Positions 59,890 through 64,000 of a stretch of DNA of 64,000 bases are shown piece after piece. Made by a program: the position numbers and the translations under genes. The first letter of the stretch is position 1. Each line of letters begins with the position of its first letter. The stretch covers positions 160,001 through 224,000 of the forward strand of contig OZ241917.1 in the NCBI GenBank assembly GCA_965203805.1, written 5' to 3'. The notes beneath the pieces were generated by a model. That model was given only the letters and a program-made list of their open reading frames with translations. It ran no database searches and was not told the DNA's origin. Source of the stretch: Candidatus Latescibacterota bacterium (lineage in GTDB: Bacteria; Latescibacterota; UBA2968; GCA-2709665).

Positions 59890-60813
59890 ATGGCCAGAAA
59901 TTGGGAGAATGACTTCAGCCAGTGGGCGCGACCACCAGGCAGAACTGAGGATGAGCGTTGTGAAAATGCCATCAAAGCTATTCGCAATGCAATCGCCGAA
60001 AACGATAAGTTGAAGAGCCGGACACTGAAAGTTTTCCCGCATGGCTCGTACCACAACAGTGTCAATGTCCGGCAGGATAGTGACGTCGACGTGGGGATAC
60101 TTTGCGACGAGTCTTTCTTTCGCCACCTCCCCGATGGGACCACCCCTGAGACCTTTAGCCTTATTCCAGCTACCTACGTCTATACTCAGTTTAAGAACGA
60201 AATCGAGGAAGCTCTGACTGAACACTTAGGATATGGGGCTGTGCGTCGTGGAAACAAAGCCATCAATATTCGAGAAAACACGTACCATGTAGAAGCTGAC
60301 ATTGCTCCGTTCTTTGAATATCGATTCTACTCGCACGATGGAACCTATCGCTGTGGTGTAGCTTTGTCACCCGACAATGGCGGGCTGATCTATAACTACC
60401 CCGAGCGGATACTCGATAGCTGGCCGCAGATACCGATGCACTTCGAGAACGGAGTTGCTAAAAACAAAAAAACAGATCGTTCCTACAAGGGCGTCGTTCG
60501 CGTTCTCAAAAAGATACGCAACGAAATGGAGGATGCTGGCATCGCTGCCGCGAGGTCGATTCCTGGATTCTTGGTCGAGTGCATGATCTGGAATGTGCCG
60601 AATGCGTGTTTTAAGGGAAATACGTGGGACGAAAGAGTACAAGCGGTGCTTCTACACCTTTGGTCAGGTACCAAGGATGAATCGAGCTGTGAGAAATGGA
60701 AAGAGGTCAACGATATAAAGTTCCTCTTTGCATCAGCTCAACCTTGGACTATACGTGAGGCATATGCCTTCATTGACGCTGCGTGGAGCTATGTAGGTGT
60801 AAGGATAAAATGA
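59890..60813 (+). CDS. CBASS CD-NTase, CdnE-like
   Basis: W..PP..TE..RCENA...IR.A; GSY.N..NVR.DSDVD; ADIAP; NYP; NGV.KN; YK..VR.LK; F.VEC..WN. Confidence 0.88.
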   Translation: MARNWENDFSQWARPPGRTEDERCENAIKAIRNAIAENDKLKSRTLKVFPHGSYHNSVNVRQDSDVDVGILCDESFFRHLPDGTTPETFSLIPATYVYTQFKNEIEEALTEHLGYGAVRRGNKAINIRENTYHVEADIAPFFEYRFYSHDGTYRCGVALSPDNGGLIYNYPERILDSWPQIPMHFENGVAKNKKTDRSYKGVVRVLKKIRNEMEDAGIAAARSIPGFLVECMIWNVPNACFKGNTWDERVQAVLLHLWSGTKDESSCEKWKEVNDIKFLFASAQPWTIREAYAFIDAAWSYVGVRIK

Positions 60814-61454
60814 AAATTGAACGGATCCATATCTATGTCTTTGTTGGAATAGCCGCACTTGTGTGGTGGGTGACTTTGGTTTTTCAGGGTACCATTGTCA
60901 CCTGGGAACACGCAACGCCCTTCAGTGTAGTCGTATTTGCGCTTGGATTGTTTGGGTTTGCCTTCGATCGATTTTTTTGGCGTTTCAGATTATTTCACGG
61001 ATGGCTGGTTAAACGGCCGGACCTGCGCGGGACTTGGCGTGTCGAAATCCAGTCAAGTTATATCAATCCTGAGAGGATGGAGCGGGTACCCGCGTTCGTT
61101 TGCTACATGGGGGTCAAACAGACTCTTTCGGAGCTCAAGATGCATTTGATGACACCGGAATCCGAGTCCTTGTCCATCGCAGGCCACATTGCGCGCCAAC
61201 CGAGCGGAGAGGGTTATCAGGTGATCTGTAGCTACACGAACGAACCTGACATCCTTCTTCGAAACGAACGTGTTAGTGATATGCACAAGGGAATACTAAT
61301 AATCGATTCTCATGGTTCCGGTGTGCGGCCCGATACACTTACGGCGGAATACTGGACAGACCGCAAGACGGTGGGTACGATGGTTTTCAGCATGCGTGCC
61401 AACGAGGTTTTTACCCGCTTTGAAGACGCGAGGCAGTATTTCGAGCAAAGCTAA
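60810..61454 (+). CDS. CBASS effector, two TM helices plus beta-barrel (Cap15/S-2TM-beta-like)
   Basis: Two N-terminal TM segments; RPDLRGTW, I/V.QT, T.ES.S, Y.NEP, H.G, YWTDR.T.G; ATGA overlap with the CD-NTase stop. Confidence 0.85.
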   Translation: MKIERIHIYVFVGIAALVWWVTLVFQGTIVTWEHATPFSVVVFALGLFGFAFDRFFWRFRLFHGWLVKRPDLRGTWRVEIQSSYINPERMERVPAFVCYMGVKQTLSELKMHLMTPESESLSIAGHIARQPSGEGYQVICSYTNEPDILLRNERVSDMHKGILIIDSHGSGVRPDTLTAEYWTDRKTVGTMVFSMRANEVFTRFEDARQYFEQS

Positions 61455-61510
61455 TCAGACATTCAGATGCCAATCTTTGCATACCCAATCTTAATCGAGC
61501 CGAATAAGAC

Positions 61511-61642
61511 GTGACCCCCGACGACAAGCGCCTCATTGAAAATGCCTTCCCGCTCATGCAGATTTCTCTCGACTCCGTACACGAGAAGAACGTGCAGTAC
61601 GGGCACATATCCACCCTAAAAATACGGAACAGCCAAAAATGA
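61511..61642 (+). pseudogene. Truncated second copy of the DUF1156 methyltransferase 5' end (open 43-codon ORF)
   Basis: MTPDDKRLIENAFPLMQISLDSVHEKNVQYGHISTLKIRNSQK*; 28/36 aa and 82/108 nt identical (hand count) to 63537-63644. Confidence 0.88.
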
Positions 61643-63540
61643 TCAAAACTAACCTATCTTTCTCTTTACCGCAGCCATGGCAAGGGCAGACATTCAGCAT
61701 TCAGGAGGTTGGTCCGATAAACTATCTTGTAGGTCCAAATGGAAGTGGCAAAACTCAATTCGCGGGTGAATTGGTCCGACACCTCGAAGAGTCACGCCTG
61801 CTTGGTACAGATAGGCTAAGTGAAATGGGGAGATCCTCGCAGGTAAGAACCTATTTCGGTGACCCATTTGACGAAGGTTTCCCATCGCGCCATTTCGACC
61901 AATTAAGATTAGCTGGTGCGGATGGATCAGGTATTGACACAATAGTCCTACTGGAAGAGAGAATGGACCTCCGTATCCAGGTTGAAGCAATTCTTAGTAG
62001 TCTCTTCGATCGAGAGATTATCCTCGAATGGGAATCAGGATTTCTTGTACCCTACATACGACGCAGAGGAGACAGCGCATCTTACAGGCTGGATCGCGAA
62101 GAGTGCCATGGAATCAAGGAACTCTTAGTGATGTTGACGCACCTTTATGACGACGAGCGTAAGTACCTAATTGTAGACGAACCCGAGCTCAATTTACACC
62201 CTCAACATCAAGCTTTCTTTTTACAGGAAGTTCGTAAGCTCGCAGGAGATCCATCAACCGACAGTAGAAAGAAAATCGTATTCCTGATTACGCACTCCCC
62301 ATTTATCCTGGACTTTCGGTCCGAGGACGATCTGAAGTCAGTCATATCCTTCAGCCTGGATTACTCCTCCCCGAAGCAGATTGCCAATCTTGACCTGGAA
62401 ACATCCTTGAGATCGTTTTCGTTAGCAGGAAGAATGAACACGAATCATAAGCAACTCTTTTTTTCCGACAATCCAATCTTCGTCGAAGGTCTTCTCGACG
62501 CCCAGCTAATTGCGGCAATGATGGAGGCTCGCGGTGCGTCAGTCGCTGCCGCCGGAAGTTGTATCATTGACTCGGGTGGTTCCGAGGAAGTTAACCATTA
62601 TTTGACCTTGTGCAAAGGTCTTGGCAAGGAAGCTCATTTCCTTTATGACCTCGATAGTTTATTTGGTGGAAACCTACGGGCTTGCATACGAGATGACCAA
62701 TCGGTACGAAGCTTTTTGGCAGCTGCTGGACTCGGAAGTGACTTTGGTAAATATTGCGGCGCGCTGGACAGGAAACTCAAATGCCTGATAGATCTCTTAC
62801 TCACGATTCCTTCTCAACAAGGTCATCTTGCAGGGTTACACGACTTTCTGAAATCGCTCGGTAAAATGCCTTGGGATAAAGGTAAACTGGCAAGGGCACG
62901 AACAGCAGTAATGACGGCGATAAGCAAGCATAGAGAAGACATCATACGATCGGTTTCGCCGCAATTGGTCGCGGATATAGAAGGTCATAGGGAACAAATA
63001 CTTACAGCCTTGAAGCAGAAGAATATCAGTGTCTTACCGGGAGGAAGTATAGAACGATACCTGCCACACTATACGGGAGATGAATACCGCCTTAACGATG
63101 AGCAAAAACGAAAAGCCGTAAATTCAGAGATCCGAGAATTCCCCAACTTGGCCAGTGAAGAAGCGTTTGCTAATAGATACGGGCAATTGTACGAAGCCAT
63201 TTGTGCCTTGCCATCAAAGGATGATGTGGACGTCGATACAGTTCTTCGAAAATACATAAGTGACTACATACATGAGCTTCAGAAAGTAATACTGGAAAAT
63301 TCCGGTCTTAGCCGCAAACAAATACTACGACGTTTGAATGCCATTCTTCCAGGACTTTCCCGAGTTTTTTCTCTCTCTACATATGAGTCGAGCCAGCAGG
63401 ACGAGTTCAGCGCGACAATCGAAATCGCAAGAATGCTTGGCGTCGAAAAGCGTGTTGTATACGTAAGCCACCGAACTAACGCAGGCATGGGGAAATTCGA
63501 TATAGAGGAAGCTACAAAAATGAGCGAGAACGCACTATGA
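61639..63540 (+). CDS. OLD-family-like ABC-ATPase + TOPRIM nuclease
   Basis: Walker A GPNGSGKT, Walker B LIVDEPELNLHP, ITHSP, TOPRIM FVEG..D and YDLD, G.IERYL; visibly lower GC than host genes. Confidence 0.82.
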   Translation: MIKTNLSFSLPQPWQGQTFSIQEVGPINYLVGPNGSGKTQFAGELVRHLEESRLLGTDRLSEMGRSSQVRTYFGDPFDEGFPSRHFDQLRLAGADGSGIDTIVLLEERMDLRIQVEAILSSLFDREIILEWESGFLVPYIRRRGDSASYRLDREECHGIKELLVMLTHLYDDERKYLIVDEPELNLHPQHQAFFLQEVRKLAGDPSTDSRKKIVFLITHSPFILDFRSEDDLKSVISFSLDYSSPKQIANLDLETSLRSFSLAGRMNTNHKQLFFSDNPIFVEGLLDAQLIAAMMEARGASVAAAGSCIIDSGGSEEVNHYLTLCKGLGKEAHFLYDLDSLFGGNLRACIRDDQSVRSFLAAAGLGSDFGKYCGALDRKLKCLIDLLLTIPSQQGHLAGLHDFLKSLGKMPWDKGKLARARTAVMTAISKHREDIIRSVSPQLVADIEGHREQILTALKQKNISVLPGGSIERYLPHYTGDEYRLNDEQKRKAVNSEIREFPNLASEEAFANRYGQLYEAICALPSKDDVDVDTVLRKYISDYIHELQKVILENSGLSRKQILRRLNAILPGLSRVFSLSTYESSQQDEFSATIEIARMLGVEKRVVYVSHRTNAGMGKFDIEEATKMSENAL

Positions 63541-64000
63541 ACGCCAATGACAAACGCCTTATCGAAGTCGCCTTCCCGCTGAAGCAGGTCTCCCTCGACT
63601 CTGTCCACGAGAAAAACGTGCGGCACGGCCATATTTCCACGCTCCACATCTGGCCGGCAAGGAGGCCGTTGGCGGCTTGTCGTGCGGCCTTGATCGCCAC
63701 GCTGCTTCCCGACCCGGGCGACGCGGAAACCCGAAACGCGATTATGGAACGTATGGCTGGTCGCATTATCGACAAGATCGAGCGCAAGCGGGTGAACGGC
63801 CGCCTGGTTGAGAAGACCAAGCCTGAGACGCTTGGAGGCATCCTTCACTGGAAACGCGAAAGTGATTCAGATCTCACGTGGTTCCGCGATGAGATCCGCA
63901 AAGCTTACGGCGGGCGTGAGCCAAAAGTTTTGGACCCGTTTGCGGGTGGGGGTGCCATTCCCCTCGAAGCCTTGCGTCTCGGTTGTGACGTCACGGCCAT
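63537..64000 (+). CDS. DUF1156 adenine DNA methyltransferase (3' truncated by window edge; absent from ORF track)
   Basis: Translated by hand: MNANDKRLIEVAFPLKQVS..GHISTLHIWPARRPLAACRA..LLPDP..KVLDPFAGGGAIPLEALRLG (SAM-binding motif). Confidence 0.9.
   Translation, partial: MNANDKRLIEVAFPLKQVSLDSVHEKNVRHGHISTLHIWPARRPLAACRAALIATLLPDPGDAETRNAIMERMAGRIIDKIERKRVNGRLVEKTKPETLGGILHWKRESDSDLTWFRDEIRKAYGGREPKVLDPFAGGGAIPLEALRLGCDVTA

Noticed and set aside
59626-60225. 199-aa minus-strand ORF
   Set aside because: Largely antisense to the CD-NTase; no motifs.
61639-63540. Calling the ATPase-TOPRIM gene Gabija GajA or a retron effector
   Set aside because: No adjacent UvrD-like helicase or reverse transcriptase in the window.
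1-64000. CRISPR array, rRNA, tRNA, integron attC array or IS element
   Set aside because: No regularly spaced repeats, RNA gene signatures, attC-like palindromes or transposase motifs recognised by eye; a covariance-model scan would be needed to exclude small RNAs fully.

Overview
GC-rich bacterial chromosome segment (lineage not determinable with certainty here; gene content is compatible with an FCB-group heterotroph such as Latescibacterota or Gemmatimonadota, which is inference only). 1-5.9 kb: distal spc and alpha ribosomal operons (rpsE-rpmD-rplO-secY-rpmJ-rpsM-rpsK-rpsD-rpoA-rplQ). 5.9-32.5 kb: housekeeping and metabolic genes (rlmD-like, greA, adenylate kinase, a beta-propeller sensor phosphatase, folD, large-type purL, ribokinase, bamD, nadD, zapA, transporters). 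32.8-53.9 kb: a mostly co-directional run of catabolic hydrolases, oxidoreductases and a CoA-transferase. 54.1-64 kb: a defence island. An XRE-HTH/SNF2/DUF3883-like helicase gene and a DUF1156 methyltransferase gene (restriction-like, BREX-related core) are separated by three cargo units: an AAA-ATPase/PD-(D/E)XK protein, a two-gene CBASS (CdnE-like plus Cap15-like) and an OLD-family ATPase/TOPRIM nuclease. The most notable observation is the junction architecture of this island. A diverged second copy of the methyltransferase 5' end survives as a 43-codon ORF, and a chain of RTGA stop/start overlaps and mini-ORFs links the cargo genes, suggesting a cassette-capture hotspot at the methyltransferase start. 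No tRNA, rRNA, CRISPR array, integrase or transposase was recognised. All calls are from motif recognition by eye; no searches were run.
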